DNA of 56,092 bases from a virus (Duplodnaviria; Caudoviricetes), in the IMG/VR virus record IMGVR_UViG_3300037264_000469, positions 1 to 56,092 of that record. The stretch is one strand, 5' to 3'. The position numbers were made by a program, and so were the translations under genes. This document shows, piece after piece, positions 9,895 through 19,446 of this stretch (positions are counted from its first letter, which is position 1; every line of letters starts with the position of its first letter). Under the pieces are notes generated by a model. The model saw only the letters and a list, made by a program, of their open reading frames with translations, was not told the DNA's origin and did no database searches.

Positions 9895-10194
9895 TTATTT
9901 ACTATTTAATTGATTAAATTCATCTATTATTTGATTGATATTGGTAGGAACTCTCAAAAATGTACCGGGTTCTATGCTTAATCGTCCCTTTCCTATATTA
10001 TTTGCCAAAGCAAGAATCCACCATAAAGTTGGATCTCCATAATATTTGTATGCCAAATAATCTAAATAATCCGCTTCATTTGTAATAATAACTTTATCAC
10101 TATTAGATGCATTTATAACGGGATAATGTGTAGTGAAAAAAACCCGTTTCCCATCATATCTTGTAAATGTTTTTGTTGTAGAATATCTTTTCAT
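9895..10194 (-). CDS. LysM-like baseplate protein (P2 gpX / T4 gp53-like)
   Basis: D.LD.LAYKYYGD..LWWILA.AN......G..LRVP. Confidence 0.85.
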   Translation of the reverse strand: MKRYSTTKTFTRYDGKRVFFTTHYPVINASNSDKVIITNEADYLDYLAYKYYGDPTLWWILALANNIGKGRLSIEPGTFLRVPTNINQIIDEFNQLNSK

Positions 10195-10195
10195 A

Positions 10196-12691
10196 TTATA
10201 TACGAGGCAAAGTTATTAGAGGATTTGTTTCAATTCCGGGTATTGGAGTAAACGAAGGAGTTTCTACCCCCGTAGTAACCTTGGTTGGTTTATAATCCTT
10301 CGAATCAAATGAGGGAGGCGGGTTAGATTCTCCTTGACTTACAGATGGAAATATTTTTTCATTTCCAAATGTTCTTTTATCTTCATTTGAAGTTAATACC
10401 ACATTTCTTCCATATTGGTATTCTACAAGTGCTTGATGCATATATGGTTGATTTTCTATATCTAACGGATGATACTCATCTGTATGCGGCGCGTGTCCAA
10501 AATTAGCTCCACCAGCTATTGCTCGTTCCTTCTCAAGAATAATAGTACTAAGAGAAATTTTTGCTTCAAGGGGAAATTGACCAAACTCCTTACGATTGCT
10601 TTTTATTTTATCCGATTTAATATAATTGACAAGATAAAACCACTCTTTATCAATAGAATTCTCTTCATTCATTGTTTCCCATGATGCATCATCTGGAATA
10701 TTTACAGTTACACTTTGAATAAGAATTGGTTGTTTTTTGTATAAATCTCCAATGGTTAGTTCTACCATTGGCGGAACCATAAATCTGTTAAACGGCAATT
10801 GATTTGATGAAACCGTATAATTGGCTGGTTTAGTCAATGTCATTAAATAATTTATTCGTTTCCAAGTAGGAGCTAACTCAATAATACTACTAATTACTAT
10901 ATCAAATGAAAATTGTAAAGCTCTTGTAAATCCACCATATGAATAAAGATGATCTGCCCTACCAATAAAAGACAAATCTTCCCAGTTTGCATAGGAAGAT
11001 TCATTAATTCCTTTAACCGTCGCTCTAAAAGGAATGTATTTATCATTAACTATATCGTAAAAGAAAAATGCTATTTGATCATCCTTATATGGTTCCCATT
11101 TAGTCCATCCCGGTATGTCACTAGATTTAATATATCTCTCATTACTAGATTTTTTACCAGGTAAAATTCTTAAAGTATTAATTGCATCAAAATTTCCTGC
11201 CCCGGGAAGTTTCAAAGATTTTTTCGCAATATCATTGCTAACGGAATTATCTATCATCCTAATATCTTTATCCAAGTATTTAGATAACACTCCTTTTGGA
11301 TAATTAAGTCCTGTTCTTTCACGGGTTTTATCTGTTGTTGCAAACAATGCATTATATCCATTTTTAGCTGGATTAGAAATTGGTGCTGGAAGCATTTTAG
11401 ATTCTTCTTCGGGCGTTATATCATAAACTCCGGATTTTTTAAGGCTTCTAATTAACTTATCTAAACTTTCATTTACTTTTTGGATGGATTTATGATCTAT
11501 TCTCTTCGTTGGATATTTATTTTCTTCTTTTACATATTCGGCATATTGAAGCATTATATCCGATGCTTCATAATTTTCATCTTTAGAAACTCCAACAGAA
11601 TTGCCATATCTAATTCCAGGCTTATCTTTATTTGTCTGTGAAAGTGAAATATCATATCCCACAGAACCAACCCCATCAATAAACTCTAAAATGCCCGCAT
11701 GGGAATATTTAATCATGACCGTTCCATTTGGATTAGTAATAAGCCAATATGGTTTAGGTGTAAGTTGATTATTTTTTCTAATACCGTCTTTCGTATGCAA
11801 TCCGGCAATCCATTTTTGTCCAAACTCAAGTCCTGATCTACTATTCCCATCATATTTAAATCTATCTGATCCAGCAATCATAATTCCATATGAACCTTCA
11901 TCCCCTCTAAATACCGTTCCTTCTGGTTGACTTAATCTGAAAGTATTTGGTATTAAAGAATTTATAAGACTTTTTCCTAACGACTTCCAAGAAAATTTTC
12001 CAGTATTTGGTGGTTGCCATTTAGACGTAAAATGAGAATATCCTACACCAGCAGTATTTGCTCTTAATAATCCCTTGGCATCTGTTTTTTTATTAGCATC
12101 AGGCAAAGCACCTACACCAACACTGCCGGGAGGAGCACCAACTGTCTGGTCTGCACCTAATATATTAGGAATAGTATCTCCAATGAGAGTTCTGGCAATT
12201 CCTAATAATCCACCACTAAGGTCGAAGTGTCGTTTTGGTCTTACCAATCCTAAGGCCAATCCCATCCCCGCCGCAACTATGGGAGATGTTGGATTATAAA
12301 TTCTAGTTTCATTATATACAGAACTAGCTTGGAGAAGAAATTGCTTTCCTAAAAATAAAACACCATCTCCAGATAGCAAATATTTTGATATTCTAGTTAC
12401 ATCTCTTGGGGCCGAGCCCAACGGAAATATTCTAGATTCATATTTACGAGCCCAACTAAACCCACCTTTTGCTTCATCAATATAATCATAGATAAATGGT
12501 TGTTTAGCACCAAAATTTAATAACCCATAAAATGGAGTATGATAGTCGACATAAGGAGAATATCTATGATAAATAGATGTATCATTAGCTTGAATTAAAA
12601 GTTCCAATTTACCCGGCGTAGGAACAGTAGGATAATTAAGAGGAACGGAAATTAATCCACTTTCTGGTTTTATTGTTTGAGGACTTCCCAT
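10196..12691 (-). CDS. baseplate / tail-tube initiator-like protein, 831 aa
   Basis: Between tape measure and LysM genes; C-terminal FRA...I.ES..NW.....GRA...Y.Y.GF.R.L.F.F and PP...LTIGD tube-like pattern. Confidence 0.6.
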   Translation of the reverse strand: MGSPQTIKPESGLISVPLNYPTVPTPGKLELLIQANDTSIYHRYSPYVDYHTPFYGLLNFGAKQPFIYDYIDEAKGGFSWARKYESRIFPLGSAPRDVTRISKYLLSGDGVLFLGKQFLLQASSVYNETRIYNPTSPIVAAGMGLALGLVRPKRHFDLSGGLLGIARTLIGDTIPNILGADQTVGAPPGSVGVGALPDANKKTDAKGLLRANTAGVGYSHFTSKWQPPNTGKFSWKSLGKSLINSLIPNTFRLSQPEGTVFRGDEGSYGIMIAGSDRFKYDGNSRSGLEFGQKWIAGLHTKDGIRKNNQLTPKPYWLITNPNGTVMIKYSHAGILEFIDGVGSVGYDISLSQTNKDKPGIRYGNSVGVSKDENYEASDIMLQYAEYVKEENKYPTKRIDHKSIQKVNESLDKLIRSLKKSGVYDITPEEESKMLPAPISNPAKNGYNALFATTDKTRERTGLNYPKGVLSKYLDKDIRMIDNSVSNDIAKKSLKLPGAGNFDAINTLRILPGKKSSNERYIKSSDIPGWTKWEPYKDDQIAFFFYDIVNDKYIPFRATVKGINESSYANWEDLSFIGRADHLYSYGGFTRALQFSFDIVISSIIELAPTWKRINYLMTLTKPANYTVSSNQLPFNRFMVPPMVELTIGDLYKKQPILIQSVTVNIPDDASWETMNEENSIDKEWFYLVNYIKSDKIKSNRKEFGQFPLEAKISLSTIILEKERAIAGGANFGHAPHTDEYHPLDIENQPYMHQALVEYQYGRNVVLTSNEDKRTFGNEKIFPSVSQGESNPPPSFDSKDYKPTKVTTGVETPSFTPIPGIETNPLITLPRI

Positions 12692-12703
12692 AAATAATAA
12701 ATA

Positions 12704-14986
12704 TTAAGCTACGTTCATTCCAAATCCATTTTTAAATCCAGTCTGTCGTGCTAAAGTAGTACTTAATAATTGCCCATCAATATAAACCGCAATCTTACCA
12801 GATTGCAAATTCTCATTAAGATTATTAATTGCAGTTAAAATATTAGATAATGATCGATTAGATTCTTCTTTTTCTGCGGTAGCCGCTTCTTTTTCTTTCC
12901 GAGATGTATCTACTACAGAAGTTTTGATTGGTTCTGTCCCAAATTGAGCAACGGGAATATAAGCAGCAGTAGCTTGTTTTTCTACTGGCTCTGTTTGTAA
13001 TAGTCCAGTTGCCCCACTCTGAAGTCTTTTAGCAATATCACCCATCCCCGGTATTTTATTCAAAATCCATGCAAATGCCGTTCTAAATGGATAAGTTAAA
13101 GCATCAAATATCATTGCTCCAGCAGCCGCTATTCCTTTTACAATTTGCAAAGCCATATAAGATGGGGAATTTGCAACAAAGATTGATTTAATCCATTCCC
13201 AAGCTCTCTTAAATGGTTCAACAAATGTTTTATGAAGGGCGTCTCCTATACCATAAAATGGTTTAGAAGGATCCCAACTGTTCCATATATTAATAACTAA
13301 TTGTAATGCTGTTATAATCAACCCGAGAGGCCCCAAAAAGAAAGGAGCTACTAATTTAAACATACTAAAAATTTGCCAAATAGATGCAACAATTGGAAAT
13401 AAATTTATAAATGCTCCAAGAATTTTTAATGATCCATGTATAATAGGTAAAAACAATTGACTTACCTGCATTAACAATTTATTCCATTCGTTTTGAATTG
13501 CTACCATCATTTCTTGATTTGCTCGTTGTTGAAGTTGCATTTCTAAATTTTCAGAAATATTTTTTGCAAATGTTTCATTAGCATTTTTCATTTTTTCATA
13601 TGCTGCAACTTGTTTTGCTAAATTTGGATCTCGTCTTGCTTCTTCTATTTGTTTTTCAGCTTGAACCATTTTCATCAACTCATCTACAGAACGACCTGTA
13701 GCCTTCGCAAATGCTTCCATCTGAAATACATCCAAGTTTTCAAAATCAACCGATCGAGCAATTCTAAGAATTTCTTTGGTCGACCCTATTAAATCTTTAT
13801 TATAGGCCAATTCACGCGCTTTTTGTAGGTTGATATTTCTTCCTATTAAAACAGACGCTTCCATTTCAGAAGCAATATTGTTAGTAAAACTCAAAAGTTC
13901 TTTACTAGCATTTGCTATATCATTTAGAGTCGTATTTAACCTACGAGCTTCTACAGCCGTTTTAATAATTGCTAACGGAAACTTTGATATCATGGTAAAT
14001 GCAGTCCCCGACATCTTAGCAACATCTGTCATTACCGAATTTAAAGGAACACCAGCGGCTTCTGTTATAGCTCCTGCAAAATAAACCATTGACTTTTGCG
14101 AAGTCATAGTACTCTTAGATATTGATCCTAAGTTTCTAAGTACTTGAGCAGTAGTCTCTTCTGTAACCCCCAATTGAGCACTTAATAATGCAGATGTTTT
14201 AACTAACTCTTTAGTAACACCATGAACCCCACCCATTTCTGCTCCAAGGGTCTTAATAGATTCATTTGCTATATCTATTGTCACCCCAATATGGGCAAAA
14301 TTAATAGCAATATTTTCACCCATGTTTCTTAATTCTTTAGCAGCAGCACGTTGCATTCCCATAAATCTTCTAAACGCCGCCGCCGATTTTTCAAAAGAAT
14401 CATACATCGCTCGCGCAAACAATGTGATTGTTAATACTCCAGCTAATACTCCAGATTTTAATTTTGATAGTCCTGGAATAAGTTCTTGTAATTTATCATT
14501 AAATGCTTTATAATTCTCTAATTCTTTAAATCCTATTCCAAATCTTTCTTTGATAGATTGAAGTGTAAATTTTTCCAATTCTCTTCTTCTCTTTAATATT
14601 TCTTCTAATTCCTTTTTCTCTCCATCGAAAGCCTTTTTGTGAAAATCTTTTTGAAATTTAATAAGTTTAAGCTCGGATTCTCTGGAAGCAAGCATTTCCT
14701 TTGGAATTGTTCCTTTCTTCACTTCCTCTTGCAAAATTCTTGTTTTTTCTATTTCTTCATCTAAAAATTTTCTATATTGAGTCCAATTGTCTCTTAATTT
14801 ATTTTCACGGGAAGCATCAATATCATATAATTCTTTCCCAAGTTTTCCTTCTTCTTCTCTGGTTTTATTAATTTCTTTTTGAATATCTAAAAGTTCATAA
14901 CTTTTTTCAACAGACATTTCCTGTAATTTAAGGAGAAATTCTTCCGGTGAAGGTGTTCCAGTAGGAGGTGTTCCAGTTGATGCCAT
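12704..14986 (-). CDS. tail tape measure protein
   Basis: Long Ala/Leu/Lys-rich helical protein with hydrophobic and W/F periodic segments; canonical position after the chaperones. Confidence 0.8.
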   Translation of the reverse strand: MASTGTPPTGTPSPEEFLLKLQEMSVEKSYELLDIQKEINKTREEEGKLGKELYDIDASRENKLRDNWTQYRKFLDEEIEKTRILQEEVKKGTIPKEMLASRESELKLIKFQKDFHKKAFDGEKKELEEILKRRRELEKFTLQSIKERFGIGFKELENYKAFNDKLQELIPGLSKLKSGVLAGVLTITLFARAMYDSFEKSAAAFRRFMGMQRAAAKELRNMGENIAINFAHIGVTIDIANESIKTLGAEMGGVHGVTKELVKTSALLSAQLGVTEETTAQVLRNLGSISKSTMTSQKSMVYFAGAITEAAGVPLNSVMTDVAKMSGTAFTMISKFPLAIIKTAVEARRLNTTLNDIANASKELLSFTNNIASEMEASVLIGRNINLQKARELAYNKDLIGSTKEILRIARSVDFENLDVFQMEAFAKATGRSVDELMKMVQAEKQIEEARRDPNLAKQVAAYEKMKNANETFAKNISENLEMQLQQRANQEMMVAIQNEWNKLLMQVSQLFLPIIHGSLKILGAFINLFPIVASIWQIFSMFKLVAPFFLGPLGLIITALQLVINIWNSWDPSKPFYGIGDALHKTFVEPFKRAWEWIKSIFVANSPSYMALQIVKGIAAAGAMIFDALTYPFRTAFAWILNKIPGMGDIAKRLQSGATGLLQTEPVEKQATAAYIPVAQFGTEPIKTSVVDTSRKEKEAATAEKEESNRSLSNILTAINNLNENLQSGKIAVYIDGQLLSTTLARQTGFKNGFGMNVA

Positions 14987-15037
14987 AATTTATAATAAGT
15001 GCTTATTTTATAAATATAGATCAGTTCTGTTTTTCGC

Positions 15038-15066
15038 TTGACTGGGATATAAAAATAGGATAGAGT
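15038..15066 (+). promoter_or_regulatory. sigma70-type promoter
   Basis: TTGACT-N17-TAGAGT, 6 nt before ATG 15073. Confidence 0.6.
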
Positions 15067-15072
15067 ATTCGC

Positions 15073-15345
15073 ATGAGTGAATCTCAAAGCGAACTACATT
15101 GGATATCAAAAGTCTTATTGAACGGATTTATTTGTGTCGTGTTATTTATATTTATAACATCACTGTTCTGTCCAATATTTTTACCATCAATTAAGGAATA
15201 TTTAATTCAAAAATATAAAGATTATCAGTATAAAGATAATCTAGTAAAAGAAGAATATTTTTATTATAAATGTATTTTTTGGATTATTTGTATCGTTGCT
15301 TGGGGTTTATTATTTTTAGCAAATAAATCTGAAATCTATTACTAA
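15073..15345 (+). CDS. small membrane protein with 2 predicted TM segments, moron-like insert
   Basis: Two hydrophobic stretches; own promoter; antisense to the tail operon. Confidence 0.65.
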   Translation: MSESQSELHWISKVLLNGFICVVLFIFITSLFCPIFLPSIKEYLIQKYKDYQYKDNLVKEEYFYYKCIFWIICIVAWGLLFLANKSEIYY

Positions 15346-15595
15346 AAATGCTTACCGTCTATCGCTGGTCCTCGCGCAATTTTTTGAGTAGGAGTATGTT
15401 CCGACATTTTTCCCTGAGATTTATCAATTTCTGCTTGTTCTTTTTCTTTAACATTAATTAATCGTTTTAAATAAAAATCTCTATACTGGACTGGCATGGA
15501 ATATAAAGAACTATATTCAAATTGTCCGTAATGAATTAAATCGAAAAGTGTATTATGAAGGTATATTTTATAATCATCCGTTAGGCCAAAAAAAT
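15342..15595 (-). CDS. tail assembly chaperone frameshift extension (FFGLTDDYK...), T4 gp51-like
   Basis: Overlaps the upstream chaperone in its +1 frame at a T7 run; YSMP...RDFY..RL motif; no convincing independent start. Confidence 0.65.
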
Positions 15596-16395
15596 CCAAC
15601 GCCCATAGGCGTTTCCTCCCTCCTTTCCAATCCACAATTGGAACAAGTAAAATCGAAAGTGCTATCAATGTCTGGCAAGGTTTCTTTCATATATTTGCGG
15701 AGAGCCAAACTGTCTTTGGAAAGTAATTCTTCATTAACAAACCGTCTAATTTTCATTTTATCAGTATCACCATTAATAGATGTTATAACATGAGATAAAC
15801 GAGTGGTAACTTCTTTGGTAAAATCTTTAGATAACTTAGCAAATGTTTCCAATTCTCTATCTATTACACTTTCATCTCGTTTATTTAAAAGTTTAAATGA
15901 AATATTAATTTTAGAAAAGGGTAAAGTAAAATCAAAAGAATTGACTCCCCGCTGATAATTTTCAAAATCAAACGGACGATTATCAATTTTACCCAAATCA
16001 ATAGTTACGTTGTTTTCTTTGGTACATCGTCCACAAGAAACTTTAGCATTATATTCATCACCATATGCTAATCTTCTTAAAGCAAAAAAGATTGCATTTC
16101 TATCGCATATCAAAATATCATCTGGTTTAATTGTTTTATCAATAAGTACAGATTCTAAAAGTTTATCAAGAACCAAGTTTTTTTGTATTAAATTCTTTGA
16201 CGTGAGAATATCTTCCTCTTTTGCAGTCATCATTTTTAATTCAACGGTTCCTTTTGAAAGAGGATTTTCTTCCGTATAAAACCATCCTTTACTTGGAAGG
16301 TTAATAACTTCAGTTGGAAACTTTGACTCTTGTTTTATTGGAATTGGATTTGTAACTGATGGACGACTAATTGTAATAAGATTTGGATCTGGCAT
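15574..16395 (-). CDS. baseplate hub assembly / tail assembly chaperone (T4 gp26-like), Zn-binding
   Basis: LPSKG..Y, MTAKEEDIL, two CxxC pairs, FFWP C-terminus. Confidence 0.8.
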   Translation of the reverse strand: MPDPNLITISRPSVTNPIPIKQESKFPTEVINLPSKGWFYTEENPLSKGTVELKMMTAKEEDILTSKNLIQKNLVLDKLLESVLIDKTIKPDDILICDRNAIFFALRRLAYGDEYNAKVSCGRCTKENNVTIDLGKIDNRPFDFENYQRGVNSFDFTLPFSKINISFKLLNKRDESVIDRELETFAKLSKDFTKEVTTRLSHVITSINGDTDKMKIRRFVNEELLSKDSLALRKYMKETLPDIDSTFDFTCSNCGLERREETPMGVGFFWPNG

Positions 16396-16458
16396 AGTAA
16401 CTTTATAAATGTTGTTCTCTTCTTAATATATAGAGACCAAATTTACTTTTTAACTTTT

Positions 16459-17022
16459 TTAATTACTAAAATATTCCTCGTAATCTTCAATATTATCTAA
16501 GATTTCCTGACCAATTTCTATTGCGGCATCGCGATGAATAACTGGAAGGTCTTTGTGGGCGCTTGTCATTTCTTTTCCATTTATAAAAACTGTATAATGT
16601 GCTTGTCCCCAAAAATCTACGGGTTTTATTTCCATTTTTGGATTTCCTTCAACTTCTGTTAAAGTACCGACACTTCCATGTTGAAGTGTAGTTACTCGCT
16701 CTTGACTTTTAGGTATTTCTTTATTTCTTATATATCTAAGTTCTTTTTCCGTAGAAATCTTTTTCTGTCGTAAAATATCTAATCTTTGTTTTTCTGCTTC
16801 GAGTTCCGCTTCAATTTTCTCCCGTGCCGCTTTTTCTTGTGCTGTTTTCTCCGCAGAAGACATAGGTTCAACGGAGGGAGTAGGTGAAGAACTACCAATT
16901 GAACCTATTCCTACTGTCGAGGTAGAAGAAAGTTCACTACCAAGTTGTTCATTTGTTACTAACTCTGATAATACTTCTTTGACAACTTCGCGTACAAGAT
17001 GCTTTATGGAAGATTGTTTCAT
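16459..17022 (-). CDS. hypothetical protein, possible internal head protein
   Basis: N-terminal IKHLVREVVKEVLSE, coiled coil. Confidence 0.65.
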   Translation of the reverse strand: MKQSSIKHLVREVVKEVLSELVTNEQLGSELSSTSTVGIGSIGSSSPTPSVEPMSSAEKTAQEKAAREKIEAELEAEKQRLDILRQKKISTEKELRYIRNKEIPKSQERVTTLQHGSVGTLTEVEGNPKMEIKPVDFWGQAHYTVFINGKEMTSAHKDLPVIHRDAAIEIGQEILDNIEDYEEYFSN

Positions 17023-17267
17023 TATTTAGAAAGTGTCTTTCTTACCATTTTTTTTATAACTTTCTTTAATTCATTAATTTCTTTAGGGATAGGAGGTTGA
17101 TCTGCTGTTCCTTGTCCTTCGGCGGGAGGAGCAGGTGCTCCAATGGATTCTTCTTGACGTGGATGCAATTGAAATTTACCAACTTCTTTTATATTCATTG
17201 TATCTAGGACTTCGCAGATACATTTTCTAACAAGTTGCTCTAAAATTTGATTTTTTACGTTAGACAT
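17022..17267 (-). CDS. hypothetical protein, 81 aa
   Basis: TAATG-coupled to the downstream gene; LEQLVRKCICEVL and LKKVIKKMVR amphipathic motifs. Confidence 0.6.
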   Translation of the reverse strand: MSNVKNQILEQLVRKCICEVLDTMNIKEVGKFQLHPRQEESIGAPAPPAEGQGTADQPPIPKEINELKKVIKKMVRKTLSK

Positions 17268-17277
17268 ATAAATAATA

Positions 17278-17769
17278 TTAGTATTGAAGAATTGCGTAGT
17301 CGTAGCTTAAAGTAAGATTGATTGTTACAGGATCTCCGCTATCTGTCCAATTTAACTCGCCACCATCGAAAGCTGTGGGAAATGCACCTTTCAGAGTCCA
17401 TTCTTCAACTTTATCTCCAACAGGACCAAGAACAGCAATGGTTACCTCTTTTTTGTAGAAATCCATATAACCATCGCGTCCGGTCACAGATTCATGACTT
17501 AAACGAAACCATTCAAATACAGATTGAGCAGCGGATGGTACGACCGGATCATAAAGTTCCAAGGAAATTGTTTCCCAAATGGTCTTGCCCTTAAAATACC
17601 ATTGTAAATTGATATAATCTATGGCCTTGCGCTCTTGGGTCCATTTTGGACGGTCGGTTTTTCTTATTAAAAAGCTTTGAATGCCATCAATATACATGAG
17701 AAAACGATTTTTTGTTTTCGGTTCCCACATTGTATAGAATGTTTCGTTATTGGTAAGTAGATCTGCCAT
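17278..17769 (-). CDS. tail tube protein (T4 gp19-like)
   Basis: EPK..NRF, W.TI.L.LYDP, EW.R, VEEWTLKGAFP, LTLSYD.A. Confidence 0.9.
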   Translation of the reverse strand: MADLLTNNETFYTMWEPKTKNRFLMYIDGIQSFLIRKTDRPKWTQERKAIDYINLQWYFKGKTIWETISLELYDPVVPSAAQSVFEWFRLSHESVTGRDGYMDFYKKEVTIAVLGPVGDKVEEWTLKGAFPTAFDGGELNWTDSGDPVTINLTLSYDYAILQY

Positions 17770-17879
17770 AAGTTGTTGTTCTATAAGATGTTAAGAATAC
17801 ATTAAATTCTATATTAATATTATAATTTAGATATAAAGTATTCATCTGTAATATAAATACTTCATTAACATAAAATAAA

Positions 17880-17907
17880 TTGACATCTGATAATATTTCT
17901 ATAATAT
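17880..17907 (+). promoter_or_regulatory. sigma70-type promoter
   Basis: TTGACA-N16-TAATAT upstream of 17936; AAGGA SD. Confidence 0.5.
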
Positions 17908-17935
17908 ATACCTATATAAGAAGGAAAAATATTTT

Positions 17936-19441
17936 ATGGGTAGACCAAAATTAAATCCGGATACGATTAAAAAGATTTGTCCTATGTGCAATCTTGAGTT
18001 TGAAGTTTCTTTTTACTTAAGAAATCGGCGCACATATTGTTCCAAAAAATGTTCTAACAATGATCCAGTCGTTATTAATAAAATGATTTCATCTCAATTT
18101 GATGTGTTTCAAAAAAAATATGGAATGCATCCTATGAAAACAGACAAAACAAAAGAAAACTTAAAAAAATCAGTAATGGAAAAGCATGGGGTAGATTGGA
18201 TTTCAAAAAAGGAAGGATGGTATGACAAAATTAAAGAAAATAATATAAAAAAACATGGACTTGAGAGTTTTAATAATAGAGAAAAATCAAAACAAACTTG
18301 TTTACAAAAATACGGAGTAGATAATCCATCAAAATACAAAGAAATTATGGATTCTATAAACCAAACAAAATTAACAATTCATTATAACTCTTTAAAAGAA
18401 TATTGCCAAAGTAATAATTTATTAGTTTTATTTGATAGATTAAATTATATCGGATATGAATATAAAAATAAATATCTATTTAAATGTACCAAATGTAATT
18501 ATGTATTTGAAGTACCTATTAATAATTCATTTGGACATTTGTACTGTGAAAAATGTGATCCAGACAAAAAATTAACATTAGAAAATTCTTTTTTTGATTT
18601 TCTTTCATCTTTGACACCACCTGTTTTGATAAAAAGACATGATAGAACGATTTTATATGGTAAAGAATTAGATTTTTATTTACCGGAGAAAAAAATAGCA
18701 TTTGAATTAAATGGATTATATTGGCATAGTGAAAATGGATTTGGATTAAGTAAACACTATCATTTAAATAAAACAAAAGGATGTATTGCTCATGGTATAC
18801 GATTAATTCATATTTTTGAAAATGAATGGAGAGATAATCCAGAACTTATAAAATCTGTAATAAAAACGATATTAAAATGTAATGTTGATAATATAATTTA
18901 TGCAAGGGAATGTATTATAAAGGAAGTATCTGCAAAGGAGAAAAATGAATTTTTAAACAAAAACCACTTGCAACAAGAAGATAAATCAACAATAAAAATA
19001 GGATTATATAATAACAACAATTTAGTTTCAATAATGACATTCAGAAAATCCAGATTTGATAATAAAATAGAATGGGAATTATCTAGATTTTGTAATTCTA
19101 TGGGTACAATAATTAGTGGTGGAGCTAGTAAATTATTAAAATATTTTATTAACACATATTCACCAAAATCAATTGTATCTTATAATGATAGAAGATATTT
19201 TTCAGGAGATTTATATCCAAAATTAGGATTCGAATTTGTATCTAACACTTCTCCATCTTATCATTATATTACACCGGATTATAAAAATACAATAAATAGA
19301 ATGAGTTTTCAAAAACATCTTTTAGAGAAAAAACTTTCGATTTTTGACGAAACTTTATCAGAATGGGAAAATATGAAAAATAATGGGTTTGATAGAATAT
19401 GGGATTGTGGATGTGGAAAGTGGGTATTGAAATGTAATTAA
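17936..19441 (+). CDS. homing-endonuclease-like protein: Zn fingers, KYG repeats, Vsr/EDxHD-like nuclease, C-terminal GNAT (Mom-like) domain
   Basis: CxxC motifs; ELDFYLPEKKIAFELNGLYWHSE; YAREC...NHLQ...ELSRFC...GGASKLL...SYNDRR; IWDCG. Confidence 0.75.
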   Translation: MGRPKLNPDTIKKICPMCNLEFEVSFYLRNRRTYCSKKCSNNDPVVINKMISSQFDVFQKKYGMHPMKTDKTKENLKKSVMEKHGVDWISKKEGWYDKIKENNIKKHGLESFNNREKSKQTCLQKYGVDNPSKYKEIMDSINQTKLTIHYNSLKEYCQSNNLLVLFDRLNYIGYEYKNKYLFKCTKCNYVFEVPINNSFGHLYCEKCDPDKKLTLENSFFDFLSSLTPPVLIKRHDRTILYGKELDFYLPEKKIAFELNGLYWHSENGFGLSKHYHLNKTKGCIAHGIRLIHIFENEWRDNPELIKSVIKTILKCNVDNIIYARECIIKEVSAKEKNEFLNKNHLQQEDKSTIKIGLYNNNNLVSIMTFRKSRFDNKIEWELSRFCNSMGTIISGGASKLLKYFINTYSPKSIVSYNDRRYFSGDLYPKLGFEFVSNTSPSYHYITPDYKNTINRMSFQKHLLEKKLSIFDETLSEWENMKNNGFDRIWDCGCGKWVLKCN

Positions 19442-19446
19442 AATTA

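Noticed and set aside
15596-15668. MIALSILL... N-terminus of the 108-aa ORF
   Set aside because: Non-ATG start inside the chaperone gene with no SD; better explained by frameshift entry
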